Positions 46,875 to 57,173 of a DNA stretch of 64,000 bases are shown here, in pieces. The stretch is taken from positions 678,716 through 742,715 of the forward strand of contig SCUM01000001.1 in assembly GCA_004297215.1 (NCBI GenBank), written 5' to 3'. Source of the DNA: Patescibacteria group bacterium. GTDB lineage: Bacteria > Patescibacteriota > Patescibacteriia > UBA9934 > GWF2-40-263. Below the pieces are notes generated by a model that searched no databases, was not told the DNA's origin, and saw only the letters and a list, made by a program, of their open reading frames with translations. Position 1 is the first letter of the stretch, and each line of letters starts with the position of its first letter. The position numbers and the translations under genes were made by a program.

Positions 46875-47138
46875 TTACTTCAATTCAAGTTCTTTCTTGA
46901 GCTTGTCGGACGCCTTCGCGTCCTCGCGTTCGAGGTACTTGAGCAGGCGTCGGCGCTCGTTCACCTTCTTGATGAGCCCGCGGCGGCTCGAGTAGTCCTT
47001 CTTGTGCTCCTTGAGGTGCTTGGTGAGCATCCCGACCTCGCTCGTGAGGATCGCGATCTGCACCTGCGGGGAGCCGGTGTCGGACGCGTGCGTCCGGAAC
47101 TTCTCGATGATCTTCTGCTTGGCCTTCACGTCCATCAT
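46875..47138 (-). CDS. rpsO: 30S ribosomal protein S15
   Basis: [13 protein letters not shown]...[11 protein letters not shown]...RRRLLKYL. Confidence 0.98.
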   Translation of the reverse strand: MMDVKAKQKIIEKFRTHASDTGSPQVQIAILTSEVGMLTKHLKEHKKDYSSRRGLIKKVNERRRLLKYLEREDAKASDKLKKELELK

Positions 47139-47316
47139 ATGCGTCGCGACCGTCCGAGAAGGGGTTGCCGACCCGCTTCCAAGACCGGCGCCTAAAGGAT
47201 TTAATGCGTTGAGACTACCAGGAGCAGCCTGTCTCGTCAATGCCGAGACCGCCTTAGGGCTTGACGGGATCGGGAAAAACGGGTAGGATTTTCCGTTGCG
47301 TGGAAGGAGGTATCCC

Positions 47317-47706
47317 ATGGAAGTCTCCCGCGACGGAACGCTCGTTCATCTCCTGTTCCGGCAGACGACGATTCAGCATATAGCCCTGCCCTTTTCAGCC
47401 CATTCGATGCAGACGGCGGCCGTGGCATTCGTCGCACCGGAAGGCTATGCGTTCGCCGACGGCCTGGAGGCGCTGCGCGACGCCAAGCTGAGTCTGCTCC
47501 TCCCGGACGGGTCTGCGTACCGCTGCAGGCTCGACGTCGCACAGCACAGCGCGGACCGGGTCGGCGGACGCCGTCGGGCGTTCGGCCTCATCTCCACCCC
47601 CCTGCCTCCGTTCAGGGATCTCCCCAAGGACACCGTGGTGCTCCTTGAGGATCGGCAAGGGACGATGCGGTTCTTCCCTTTCGAACGGCTGCGCAAGACC
47701 GGGTGA
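47317..47706 (+). CDS. Hypothetical protein
   Basis: ORF preceded by AAGGAGG and a TTGACG...TAGGAT promoter-like sequence. Confidence 0.65.
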   Translation: MEVSRDGTLVHLLFRQTTIQHIALPFSAHSMQTAAVAFVAPEGYAFADGLEALRDAKLSLLLPDGSAYRCRLDVAQHSADRVGGRRRAFGLISTPLPPFRDLPKDTVVLLEDRQGTMRFFPFERLRKTG

Positions 47707-47754
47707 CGACCGCCGCCTCTACAAGCCGGCGGCTTTTCTTTATACTGCTCCCAT

Positions 47755-48879
47755 ATGGCCGATCGCGAATCTTTTTCCTACGCCCCGTCTACCGAGGAAC
47801 CGACGAAGAACGAGCTGCCGAAAGAAGCCGCCGTCATTCCTGCCGTTGAGGAAGTAACGAAGGCGGGCGCCGTTCCGGAAATCTCTCCCGAGGTCATTCG
47901 GAAGGAAGCGGCGGAGCTCGTAAGGGAGAAAGCAAAGGGAGAAGAGAAGCCCGCCCTGCCTCCTAGGCCTGAACGGACGATGGAAGACGATGAATTGGAA
48001 GAGCTCGGGAAGGTCATGCATGACGCCATCATGGGGAAACATCGCGAGACGGCTTCCGTGGAAGCCGGGAATCCGAAGTTGCCGGGGGAAGCGCGCATGG
48101 CCATGACCCTGGCCGTGCGAGACATGGCAAAAGAGCTGATGTCGAAGCTGGACCAGAAGGACCAAAGGCGGCTTGAGCTGGCACAGGCGCTCGTGAAGAA
48201 CGCCGAGGAGATGGCGAGTCTCGGCACGGTTATCTGGTTCGACAAGGGCGCAAAGGTGCCGGCGGACCTGGACGCGAAGGTGGAGGAGATCAGGGCCCGA
48301 TTCGCCGCAGAAGAACAGGCGAAGGAACAGGCAATCGAGGCGGAACGCGCAACGCCCGAATACCAGGCGCGACTCGCCTCCCAACAGAGAGAGATGGATG
48401 AAATAGTGTCGGAGTTGCAAAAAAAAGGAAAACAAAGCCTTTCTGAAAAAAAGCTTCTGAAGCATTTGGGAAGACCGTCGGAAGCGGAAGGGATCGCGAA
48501 GGGCATCCTTGAGCAAAAACCGGCAGGCCCCACTGAAGCGTTGATGGATGAGCTTGAGTCGAGGCCCGCGGCAACTCCCCTCGCCGAGGTGGGACCAGAA
48601 GACAAGACGTTCGTTCCAGAGAAACCGTTTTTCGGTGAGTCGACGAAGATCTCAACGCTCCCGACGGAGACGGTGGACGAACAGCAGGCGCGCATTCGCG
48701 CGGACGTGGAGGCACAGGACGTAAACCGCGTCTTCGGCGCCGTTCAAGGAGAGCGATCGATGGACGCGGGGAAGGTCCCACGAGGCGTGGAAATGATGAC
48801 TCGGGCCATGGACGCGATGGAGGGAAAGGAAAATGAACCCGAAGAGGACGAGGAGAAACCGCAAACGAAGGCCGCTTAG
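47755..48879 (+). CDS. Hypothetical acidic helical protein
   Basis: 374 aa, Glu/Lys/Ala-rich, followed by a terminator hairpin. Confidence 0.75.
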   Translation: MADRESFSYAPSTEEPTKNELPKEAAVIPAVEEVTKAGAVPEISPEVIRKEAAELVREKAKGEEKPALPPRPERTMEDDELEELGKVMHDAIMGKHRETASVEAGNPKLPGEARMAMTLAVRDMAKELMSKLDQKDQRRLELAQALVKNAEEMASLGTVIWFDKGAKVPADLDAKVEEIRARFAAEEQAKEQAIEAERATPEYQARLASQQREMDEIVSELQKKGKQSLSEKKLLKHLGRPSEAEGIAKGILEQKPAGPTEALMDELESRPAATPLAEVGPEDKTFVPEKPFFGESTKISTLPTETVDEQQARIRADVEAQDVNRVFGAVQGERSMDAGKVPRGVEMMTRAMDAMEGKENEPEEDEEKPQTKAA

Positions 48880-48890
48880 CGCGGAGATCA

Positions 48891-48922
48891 AAACTCCCCC
48901 GACACGGCGTCGGGGGAGTTTC
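48891..48922. terminator. Bidirectional intrinsic terminator
   Basis: AAACTCCCCCGAC-ACGGC-GTCGGGGGAGTTT between convergent genes. Confidence 0.75.
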
Positions 48923-48934
48923 GTTTCCATGAGC

Positions 48935-49711
48935 CTAGAGCGCCGCGTCGACAGCCGCTTTCACGCTCTCGAACGGGAGCGCGCCGCGGATTTCCTGGAT
49001 GGAGCCGTCCGAGCCGATGACGAACGAGCCCGGGGTGCCGGAGACGCCGGCCGTGGCGCCTGATGCGGCCTGGGCGCGGATCTTGGCGAGGGCCCTGTCG
49101 GAGGAAAGGCAGGTGTCGAACTTGCCCTTGTTGAGCCCGAGGTCGGCGGCGATCTTCGCGTAGGTCGCGGCGCCCAGCACGGCCTGGTTCTCGATGAGCT
49201 TGTCGCCATACTCCCAGAACTTGCCCTGCTCGCCCGCGCACTCGGCAGCCTCGGCGGCCGGCTCGGCCTCCGGATGGAACGAGAGCGGGAAGTGACGGTA
49301 CACCCAGCGGACTTCGCCGGCGTACTCGGTCATGATTTGCTGCATGGTGGGGTGGAAGCGGGCGCAGAACGGGCACTGGAAGTCGGAGTATTCGACGATG
49401 GTCACCTTGGCGTCCTTGTCGCCGCGGATCCAGTCGTCGTCGCTCACGGGCGGGACCGGACCTGCCGTGTCAGCCGGGAGATTGCCGACGTCGGTGGGCG
49501 CGGCAGCCACCGTGGTGCCGGCGCTGGGGAGCTCGCAGGTGCCCTTGAGCAGGCATCCGCCGAGCAGGAGGAATCCGAGCGTGCCTAGCGAGAGCACGGC
49601 CGTGACCATCCCAAGGCCGAAGGCGGTCTTCGGGGGGAGCGTGTCGAGGAACCCACCTTCGCCGTGGCTTCGGCGGGCTGGCATCACGGGGGGCATGTGT
49701 CCGGTCTCCAT
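48935..49711 (-). CDS. DsbA-family thiol-disulfide oxidoreductase, membrane anchored
   Basis: VEYSDFQCPFC, YRHFPL, A.EAAECA.EQGKFW, GTP. Confidence 0.93.
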   Translation of the reverse strand: METGHMPPVMPARRSHGEGGFLDTLPPKTAFGLGMVTAVLSLGTLGFLLLGGCLLKGTCELPSAGTTVAAAPTDVGNLPADTAGPVPPVSDDDWIRGDKDAKVTIVEYSDFQCPFCARFHPTMQQIMTEYAGEVRWVYRHFPLSFHPEAEPAAEAAECAGEQGKFWEYGDKLIENQAVLGAATYAKIAADLGLNKGKFDTCLSSDRALAKIRAQAASGATAGVSGTPGSFVIGSDGSIQEIRGALPFESVKAAVDAAL

Positions 49712-49791
49712 AGGTGTGGATAATTCGTTGCGAATGAGGGCATGGTAACACATCGCCCTCGGATGCAAAGCGTTGCGAGGAAATGTCGGTT

Positions 49792-50580
49792 TTAAGTCTT
49801 CGCGCCGGCCCATGCGAGGTCGAACGCCATACGCATCATTCCCGCGATGGTCGGATCCTCGATGATGATGCCAATGAGGACATTTTCGTGGAAATTGATG
49901 ATGGAAACGCCGTTTTTCCCGAATACGGTGATTTCGGCATTGTATGGGAACGATTCAGCCGGGACGTATCTGGCCTGAACGAAGAACTTTTTGGCCACTT
50001 CGTCGTACACGTTCTTGTTGTAGCTTCGGCTGAATGGGGTGTCGGGAAAGATGGCGCGCGTGGTAATGCCGAGTTTTTCCTTCCGCTCCACGTATCGCTC
50101 GACGAATTTCGGCGGGAGGACCTTCATCAAGTCCTCGACATTGCTGTACGCCAGCATCTCGTACGGCTGCGGCTGGTTCACGTGCTCCTCATAGACGGCG
50201 ATTACGCCCTCGATCCCCTCGAAGAACCGCACACGAGGTTTGTTGGGCGTCTGCGAAAGAAGCCCTTCAAGCTCGGGCATGATTTTTTGTGCAAAGGCGT
50301 ACTGCTCTTCCGCAAGTGCAATCTGCTTTTTTGCGTACCCCTTCAAACGCGCCGGATCCTCGACTTGGTAACACAGCTTCTTGTTGCGCTCGATTTCCGT
50401 GACTAAGCCATCGAGCCGCAAGGTTTCCAACACGTTATAGACCGTGCTGCGGTTCAATTTGGTCGTTTGGGCGATTTTAGAAGGATAGGCCAATCCAGCT
50501 TCCAAAACAGCCGCATATACGGCCGAGGCCTTGTCGGACAACCCCGCTTTTTTGAGGTCGGCAATGAGAGAGGGATTCAT
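49792..50580 (-). CDS. TrmB-family transcriptional regulator
   Basis: GLSDK...VY.A.L...LNRSTVY..LE.L...GLV; KPRVRFFEG.EG. Confidence 0.9.
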   Translation of the reverse strand: MNPSLIADLKKAGLSDKASAVYAAVLEAGLAYPSKIAQTTKLNRSTVYNVLETLRLDGLVTEIERNKKLCYQVEDPARLKGYAKKQIALAEEQYAFAQKIMPELEGLLSQTPNKPRVRFFEGIEGVIAVYEEHVNQPQPYEMLAYSNVEDLMKVLPPKFVERYVERKEKLGITTRAIFPDTPFSRSYNKNVYDEVAKKFFVQARYVPAESFPYNAEITVFGKNGVSIINFHENVLIGIIIEDPTIAGMMRMAFDLAWAGAKT

Positions 50581-50787
50581 ACTGATTTTAGACTACCAGC
50601 TTCTCCAAATTTTGTCAATCTAAACCCACAAAAATAGACCATTAAGAATAAATTGGCTGACTTTAGATAAAATAATAAATCAGAGTTGGGATTATGGATT
50701 GACAAAAGTATCAAAATATGATAAGTTGTTATCAACGATGAGGAGAGAGACTCGTCGTTAGAACCATCAAAACACAGGAGAGCGAAG

Positions 50788-51441
50788 ATGAAGATTCTCG
50801 TGATTGAAGATAAGGAAATCCACCAGAATTCTGCCCGCGAGACCCTTCAGGGCCACGATGTCACCATCGTCGGATCGTACGACGAGGCGGTGAAAGCCAT
50901 CCGCGAGCCGTATCCGTCGAAGCCCCTCGAATTCGACGCGGTGCTCACTGACATGAATCTGCCGATGAGCAAGGAGACGTTGACTCCGGATGTCTTCAAG
51001 GCCGACGAGCAGGTTCCCTACGGCCTCGTGCTCGCGTTGATGGCGGCCCATCGTGGCGCGAAGTTCGTCGCCATGGTGACCGACACCAACCACCACAAAG
51101 GCGCCATGAGCGCGGCGCTCGACTGCCTTGGCCCGAGTTACTACACGGACGAATACAGTGAAGGCATGATCAAGCGCTTCGAGATCAATGGTTGCAAAGC
51201 CGTGTTCGTTCATGCTCCGTTCCTGACGGATTCCTATCCTGACTCTGGTTGTCCCTGCGAGGATGGGTTGTGTAGCATTTGCCGCGGGACGTTGATGTCC
51301 TACGGCAAACCGTGTCGGTGTACGGAAGATGATCAAAATCAGGCCGGAAAATGCTACAGCTGCCACGGGACCCTCAAATATACGCGGGAGGTTAAAGAGC
51401 GGAAGGATTGGGGCAAGGTGCTTTCCTATCTCAAAGGATGA
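50788..51441 (+). CDS. Receiver-like domain protein with a Cys-rich insertion
   Basis: MKILVIED...DAVLTDMNLP receiver-like start; CPC..CSICRG..CRC..CYSCHG near the C-terminus. Confidence 0.7.
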   Translation: MKILVIEDKEIHQNSARETLQGHDVTIVGSYDEAVKAIREPYPSKPLEFDAVLTDMNLPMSKETLTPDVFKADEQVPYGLVLALMAAHRGAKFVAMVTDTNHHKGAMSAALDCLGPSYYTDEYSEGMIKRFEINGCKAVFVHAPFLTDSYPDSGCPCEDGLCSICRGTLMSYGKPCRCTEDDQNQAGKCYSCHGTLKYTREVKERKDWGKVLSYLKG

Positions 51442-51632
51442 TCTCACACGAGGAGGAGACTGGTTCTCAGTCTCCTCCCCTCAAATCAGCGCCTCAAGCA
51501 ATCCCGCTTGAGCCCTGACAGAGGAAATTCCCGTATACCCGGACATTTCTATTTCCTGTTTACATTCATGACACATTGCTTGTGCTCAAGAGACGCTTTA
51601 GATAATCTATGCGTAATTGACATAATCCCTTT

Positions 51633-52766
51633 ATGAATCGCCATGGCATTCAGGCAATCGGGGTCGCGGCATGTCTCCTGCTTACCGGCGCGGGCTGTAC
51701 GAGCTATTTCACCACCGCCCCCGCACGACAAGTGAGCGATCAGGGTCCGATTAAGATCGGTTTCATCGGTCCGTTGACCGGCGACGTGGCTTCCATCGGC
51801 GTCATCGCCCAGGCGGGGGCGCAGGTCGCCCAGGACGAGATCAATGCCGCTGGTGGCATCAATGGGCGTCAGGTGCAGGTGATTTTTGAAGACGGCAAAT
51901 GCAATGCCGCCGCGGCGACGGATGCGGCGAACAAGCTCATCAACGTGGATCGTGTGGCGGCGATCAGCGGCGGGCTGTGCTCGACGGAAACGTCGGCGTT
52001 CGGTCCGGCGGCCATGCAGAACAAGATGCCGGTGATTTCGTATTGTTCTTCCGCTCCGACCCTGACCGGGCTCGGCAAATATTTTTTCCGCACCTATCCG
52101 TCCGACGCGTTCCAAGGGACATTCGCGGCCGAATACGCCTACAACACCCTGCGCGCGCGAAAGGTTTCGATCCTGTATCATGTGTCTGACATCGGGAATG
52201 GCCTTAAGGACAGGTTCACGGCCCGATTCCAGGAACTCGGTGGCCAGATCGCGGGCGTCGAAGGTTCCGCCCAGGACAACAAGGACTACCGCACGCAGCT
52301 CGCCAAGGTGAAGGCCTCCAATCCGGACCTGGTGTACGCGCCGATGTACCCGGACGGCGGGACGGCGATGGTGAAGCAGTATGCGGAACTCGGATTGAAG
52401 GCGAAGATCCTCGCCATTGACGCCTGGGCCGACCCGAAGCTCCAGCAGGCGGTAAGCGGGAAGGCGGACATCCAGTACGTCGAGGTCGTCATGCCCACGT
52501 CTGAGGAATTCAATGCCAAAATCCTTGAGAAGACGAAAGGGACTGACGTCACCGTCTGCGGTTCACAATCCTATGACACCATGAAGATCCTCGCCCAGGT
52601 GATCGGGCAGGTCGGGACGGACCCGGACAAGATGGCGGATGCCCTGCACAAGGTGGATTACCAGGGTGCCTCCGGCCACGTCAGTTTCGACCAGAACGGG
52701 GATCTCACCACCGCCCAATATCTCATCAAGGAAATCGTTGGCGGCAAGGGAGTGCCTGTCGAATAA
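51633..52766 (+). CDS. livK: Branched-chain amino acid ABC transporter substrate-binding lipoprotein
   Basis: LLTGAGC lipobox, IKIG.IGPLTG, EINAAGGING, FFRT.PSD.FQG. Confidence 0.9.
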   Translation: MNRHGIQAIGVAACLLLTGAGCTSYFTTAPARQVSDQGPIKIGFIGPLTGDVASIGVIAQAGAQVAQDEINAAGGINGRQVQVIFEDGKCNAAAATDAANKLINVDRVAAISGGLCSTETSAFGPAAMQNKMPVISYCSSAPTLTGLGKYFFRTYPSDAFQGTFAAEYAYNTLRARKVSILYHVSDIGNGLKDRFTARFQELGGQIAGVEGSAQDNKDYRTQLAKVKASNPDLVYAPMYPDGGTAMVKQYAELGLKAKILAIDAWADPKLQQAVSGKADIQYVEVVMPTSEEFNAKILEKTKGTDVTVCGSQSYDTMKILAQVIGQVGTDPDKMADALHKVDYQGASGHVSFDQNGDLTTAQYLIKEIVGGKGVPVE

Positions 52767-52825
52767 GGATCGACTTCGACGGCAGAGAGCACGGGACATC
52801 CCGTGCTCTCTGCCTGTCCGCGCCT

Positions 52826-53689
52826 ATGGAAGCGGCCGCACAGGTCATCATAAACGGGATCATCGCCGCCGGCATGTATGCGATCATGGCCATGGCGTTT
52901 CATCTGGTGTACGGCGTTGGCCGATATTTCCATCTGGCCTTGGGCGCCTTTGCCTTGGTCGGCGGCTATGCCATGTTGTGGTGTTTGCGCGCATCCTGGC
53001 CGATCTGGATCGCCATGATCGTGAGCATTCTTGTCGCAGGGATGGTCGGATGGGCCTGTGACAGGTCCGTCTTTCGCCCATTACGAGCTCGTCGAGCATC
53101 GCCGCTCGTATCGATAGTGGCTTCCCTGGGGCTTCTCATATTTCTCCAGGCGATTCTGGCGCTTTCTTTCAGCGTGGAGTTCCGATCCTACCCCGTGACA
53201 TTGTTTGAAGGGTCTCTTGAGATGGGCGGCGGCGTTATCACCTGGACGCAGCTTACGATCGTCGTGTCTGCCGTCGCCTGTTTCGCGGCCCTGCGCTTGT
53301 TTCTCACGAGGACGAAATACGGATGCGCGGTCAGGGCCGTGAGCGACGACGTCGAAGTTGCAACCATGATCGGGATCGACGTGGAGCGCGTGATGGGACT
53401 TGTCGCTTTTTTGGCCGCATGCCTTTCCGGGCTTGCCGGAATCCTGACCGGCTTTGATCTCGGCCTTCAGCCTACCATGGGCCTGGCCCTGATCCTCAAG
53501 GGAGCCGTTGCCGGCGTCATCGGAGGCCTCGGGACGTTGAACGGCGCCCTGCTCGGGGCCGCGTTCCTGGGCGTCCTCGAAAACGTCGGGATCTGGTTCA
53601 TCGCGAGCCAATGGAAGGATACCATCACCTATGGGGCGCTCATCGTCTTTTTGGTTGCTCGTCCGCGCGGCATCTTGTCGAAACGCTGA
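52826..53689 (+). CDS. livH: BCAA ABC transporter permease
   Basis: QVIING, T..G.AVRAVS.D, GGLG...GA, RP.GI. Confidence 0.9.
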   Translation: MEAAAQVIINGIIAAGMYAIMAMAFHLVYGVGRYFHLALGAFALVGGYAMLWCLRASWPIWIAMIVSILVAGMVGWACDRSVFRPLRARRASPLVSIVASLGLLIFLQAILALSFSVEFRSYPVTLFEGSLEMGGGVITWTQLTIVVSAVACFAALRLFLTRTKYGCAVRAVSDDVEVATMIGIDVERVMGLVAFLAACLSGLAGILTGFDLGLQPTMGLALILKGAVAGVIGGLGTLNGALLGAAFLGVLENVGIWFIASQWKDTITYGALIVFLVARPRGILSKR

Positions 53690-53691
53690 CT

Positions 53692-54558
53692 ATGGACTTT
53701 CTCCTCCATGTCATGACCATTTCCGCGATCTTCGGGATTTTGGCGTTGGGATTGAACATCATCGTGGGCAATACGGGATTGATCTCGGTAGCGCATGCGG
53801 GATTTTTCGGCATCGGAGCCTATGCGGCCGCAATCACGATGACGCTGTACCACGCCGGCTTCACGACCGCACTCTTCTGTGGGATCGTCGTCGCCGGGGT
53901 CACGGCCCTTCTCACCGGTCTCTTGTTGAGCGGCTTGAGAGGCGATTATTTCGTGCTGGGGACCTTGGGGTTCAATGCCATCGTATACGGCGTCATGTTG
54001 AATCTGGATTCCCTCACGCGCGGACCGCTCGGCATCCCCGGCATCCCCCGACCGGCCCTGTTTGGCATGACCCTGCTCCAGCCGTTCCCGTACTTCCTGT
54101 TCGTGCTGTTTTTTCTGGTCCTGATCTCGCTCGTCTTTTCGTACGTCACTCGTATGCCGTTCGGCCGCGTGCTCAAAGCGATCCGGGAGGACGAGGAGGC
54201 CTTGCGGGTGTTCGGCTACCGCGTCCTGCGGTTCAAGCTTGCCGCGTTCGTGCTCGCGGCCATGATCGCCGCGGTCGCCGGGGCCCTCTACGCGACCTAT
54301 ATCCGTTTCGTGGATCCGTCCGCGTTCGTCGTCCTGGTTTCCGTGAACGTGCTCGTGATGATCATTCTCGGCGGCCTTGCCACGCTTCGCGGCTCGATCG
54401 CCGGGGCGGTCATGTTCATCGGCCTGTATGAGAGCGTTCGATTCCTCGGGTTTTCGCCCGACACGGCCGGACAAATGCGAGAAGCCGTCGTGGGCCTCAT
54501 GCTCCTCCTCTTGATGCTGTTCCGACCGCGCGGCCTGTTCGGCGAATTCAAGCTATGA
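53692..54558 (+). CDS. livM: BCAA ABC transporter permease
   Basis: ALGLNIIVG.TG.IS.AHA.FFGIGAY, LRGDYF, FGRVLKAIREDE. Confidence 0.92.
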   Translation: MDFLLHVMTISAIFGILALGLNIIVGNTGLISVAHAGFFGIGAYAAAITMTLYHAGFTTALFCGIVVAGVTALLTGLLLSGLRGDYFVLGTLGFNAIVYGVMLNLDSLTRGPLGIPGIPRPALFGMTLLQPFPYFLFVLFFLVLISLVFSYVTRMPFGRVLKAIREDEEALRVFGYRVLRFKLAAFVLAAMIAAVAGALYATYIRFVDPSAFVVLVSVNVLVMIILGGLATLRGSIAGAVMFIGLYESVRFLGFSPDTAGQMREAVVGLMLLLLMLFRPRGLFGEFKL

Positions 54559-55313
54559 TGCGCCCCGTATCCAATGGGAATGCCGCCGTTGAACTCCGGA
54601 CGCTCTCCAAGCGTTTCGGCGGCGTTCATGCCTTGAACCGCCTGTCGCTCGGGATTCGCCGCAGCGCGATTACGGGAATCATCGGGCCGAACGGTTCTGG
54701 AAAAAGCACGCTCGTCAACCTGCTGACGGGCCTGCTCGTGCCGACGTCAGGCACGATTGCCATTCATGGGCTGGTCGTCCCGCTGCCGCTGCGCCCGTCT
54801 GACCTGCCAACCTACGGACTCACGCGCACGTTTCAGGACGTTCGTATCTTCGAGCAGATGAGCGTGATGGATAATGTTCTCGTTGTGTTGACGCCGCGTG
54901 GCGTCTGCCAATCGCTGCTCCGCCGATTGCCGCACGCCTCCCTCACCCGTGCGCAGGCCGTGCTCACCCGAGTCGGGTTGTGGGAGAAACGGACGGAGCT
55001 GGCCAGCCGCTGTTCGTACGGGCAGCGCAAGCTGTTGGAAATCGCTCGCGTGCTCGCCATGGACGCGGACATCTATCTTTTTGACGAACCGTTCGCGGGG
55101 TTGTTTCCGGAGAAGATCAAAGAAATATCAGGCCTATTCAGGGAATTGAAAGCCGCGGGAAAGACGGTCGTGCTCATCGAGCACAACATGGGCCTCATCC
55201 GCGAGCTGTCCGACGAGCTGATCGTCATGGATGCCGGGGAGCTCCTGGCCCAAGGCACGGCGGACGCGGTGCTTTCGCGCCGCGACGTCGTCGAGGCGTA
55301 TCTGGGGGATTGA
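54555..55313 (+). CDS. livG: BCAA ABC transporter ATPase
   Basis: KRFGG, GPNGSGKST, RTFQ, SYGQ.KLLEIAR, V.EAYLG. Confidence 0.93.
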   Translation: MMRPVSNGNAAVELRTLSKRFGGVHALNRLSLGIRRSAITGIIGPNGSGKSTLVNLLTGLLVPTSGTIAIHGLVVPLPLRPSDLPTYGLTRTFQDVRIFEQMSVMDNVLVVLTPRGVCQSLLRRLPHASLTRAQAVLTRVGLWEKRTELASRCSYGQRKLLEIARVLAMDADIYLFDEPFAGLFPEKIKEISGLFRELKAAGKTVVLIEHNMGLIRELSDELIVMDAGELLAQGTADAVLSRRDVVEAYLGD

Positions 55314-55314
55314 T

Positions 55315-56037
55315 ATGACAAGGGATGTATTGCTCCGCCTTGAACACGCCACCGTCGCCTACGACAAGCTCCCGATCCTTGAGGATGTTTCGGTCGCTCT
55401 GGACGAGGGGGAAATCGTTGCGCTGATGGGACCGAACGGAGCGGGAAAGTCTACCGTGCTCAAGACGATTTTCGGGATGACGCGGTTGCTGGAGGGTACG
55501 GTGCGTTGGCATGACGCGCCGTTCCATCCCCTGCCCCACCGGGCCGTAAGAATGGGAATCGCCTTCGTTCCGCAGGGTCGGCGGGTGTTTCCCAGCCTGA
55601 GCGTTGAGGAGAATTTGGCAATCGGCGCATTCACGGTCGACGACCGCCAGGAAGCGCATCGTCGCATGGAGGAGGTGATGGGATCATTTCCCGTGCTGCG
55701 TCAGAAGCGACACGACCCGTCGGGCACGCTCTCGGGCGGGCAGCAGCAGATGCTCGCGATCGCGCGCGGCCTCATGGCGGATCCCAAGGTATTGCTCCTG
55801 GACGAACCTTCACTCGGCCTTTCACCAAAACTGGTTAAGGAAGTTTTTGCCATGATCCAGGAAATCAACATCCGCCACAAAACCGCAATCATGGTCGTGG
55901 AACATAATTTGAAGTCCTTGTTCGACATCGTCGACCGAGCCTACTTGCTCGATCGCGGTCGCGTGGTCGCTCATGGGGATCCAGGGGAGATACGCAAGAG
56001 CGGCATGCTGGAGAAGATTTTCATGGGGAAAGGATGA
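55315..56037 (+). CDS. livF: BCAA ABC transporter ATPase
   Basis: GPNGAGKST, VPQGRRVF, LSGGQQQMLAIAR.LM, LDEPSLGL.P. Confidence 0.95.
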   Translation: MTRDVLLRLEHATVAYDKLPILEDVSVALDEGEIVALMGPNGAGKSTVLKTIFGMTRLLEGTVRWHDAPFHPLPHRAVRMGIAFVPQGRRVFPSLSVEENLAIGAFTVDDRQEAHRRMEEVMGSFPVLRQKRHDPSGTLSGGQQQMLAIARGLMADPKVLLLDEPSLGLSPKLVKEVFAMIQEINIRHKTAIMVVEHNLKSLFDIVDRAYLLDRGRVVAHGDPGEIRKSGMLEKIFMGKG

Positions 56038-56168
56038 TTTTCGAGATAACAGACGGCGTTTTCTAAAGGATCATCCCAAAGCGGCCAGCCCTCCTGGCCG
56101 CTTTTGCTTTCACGCGAACATGGGAGGTTCAACCTCCCAAATCTAGTGTATCCTTATCGTAAGAACCT

Positions 56169-56654
56169 ATGTCGATGGAAACCAAAGGCCCTGGGCAGGA
56201 GGTCATCACGCCGGACATGGAGGCGGCGAAGGCGCGAGTCATCTCGTATTTGAATTCCGGCAAGGCGGATAACGCAAAAAGAGTAAGCGACGCGGCCGGG
56301 CTGACACCTGAAATATTGCAATCTCAAGAGATCCGAGATGCCTTGAAGAGGCAAATTGTCGAGAATTTTTCTTGGGGCATCTTACACGTCGCTGCTGACC
56401 AGCAAGCGATGTTCCCACTGCCCGAGAAGGAATATCTCGCGGCGGCCCTGGAAGGGACGATTGACGCGCTATCCAACGGGCACATTGACAAGATCGAATT
56501 CATCAAGAGGACCGAGCCGGATTTTCCCAAGGACCTCCTTCAGTCCGCTGAGCTTAGGGCCGCGGCCGAGAAAGGGGTCGAGGTGCTGGTCGCGAAGGGG
56601 GAGTCGAGAGCCCGTGCCGAGGAGATGGTCCGCCAGCTGTTCGAAGAGAAATAG
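56169..56654 (+). CDS. Hypothetical protein
   Basis: ORF with tATG start and a downstream hairpin. Confidence 0.7.
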   Translation: MSMETKGPGQEVITPDMEAAKARVISYLNSGKADNAKRVSDAAGLTPEILQSQEIRDALKRQIVENFSWGILHVAADQQAMFPLPEKEYLAAALEGTIDALSNGHIDKIEFIKRTEPDFPKDLLQSAELRAAAEKGVEVLVAKGESRARAEEMVRQLFEEK

Positions 56655-56729
56655 TCAGCGGAGACGGCCAGGAAACTCTCCTGGCCGCTGATCCATTGTT
56701 CCATACGGAACAGCTAATCTTCATTCCGC

Positions 56730-57110
56730 TCACGTCCGAATGATGCCGGAACGGGAGGCGGATTCGCCCTGTTCCGACCTGCCCAGCTCATACAACTGTT
56801 CCGCGCGCGCCGCGACCTTCTTTTCGATGAGCATCGCGATCGATTCCTCGGCGGCGCCGGCCCCGAGCTCCTTTACCGACTCCTCACGTTTGCGTGCCAG
56901 GAAATCCTCGTTCTTCTTCAAGGAATCGATATTGCTTTGCACGGCCATGAGCATCTCGGGATCCTGGATGACCGGGTTTCCCTCCACGCGACCCGGCGCC
57001 CCCTTCCCCTTCTTGAACTGCGGACTAAGCGTGTCCTCCCCCCGGCGGTTGATTCCCCACATAACGACGGTCTTATGAACAAAAATATCTTTACCCCCAT
57101 TTTCCTCCAT
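56730..57110 (-). CDS. Hypothetical protein
   Basis: C-terminal part of the 227-aa ORF that does not overlap xer; start uncertain. Confidence 0.5.
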   Translation of the reverse strand: MEENGGKDIFVHKTVVMWGINRRGEDTLSPQFKKGKGAPGRVEGNPVIQDPEMLMAVQSNIDSLKKNEDFLARKREESVKELGAGAAEESIAMLIEKKVAARAEQLYELGRSEQGESASRSGIIRT

Positions 57111-57173
57111 TGAAATCGTCCGTACAAGGCAAAAGCGACATGAAGGAGCGAAGCGTCGTATAATGGAGAGACT

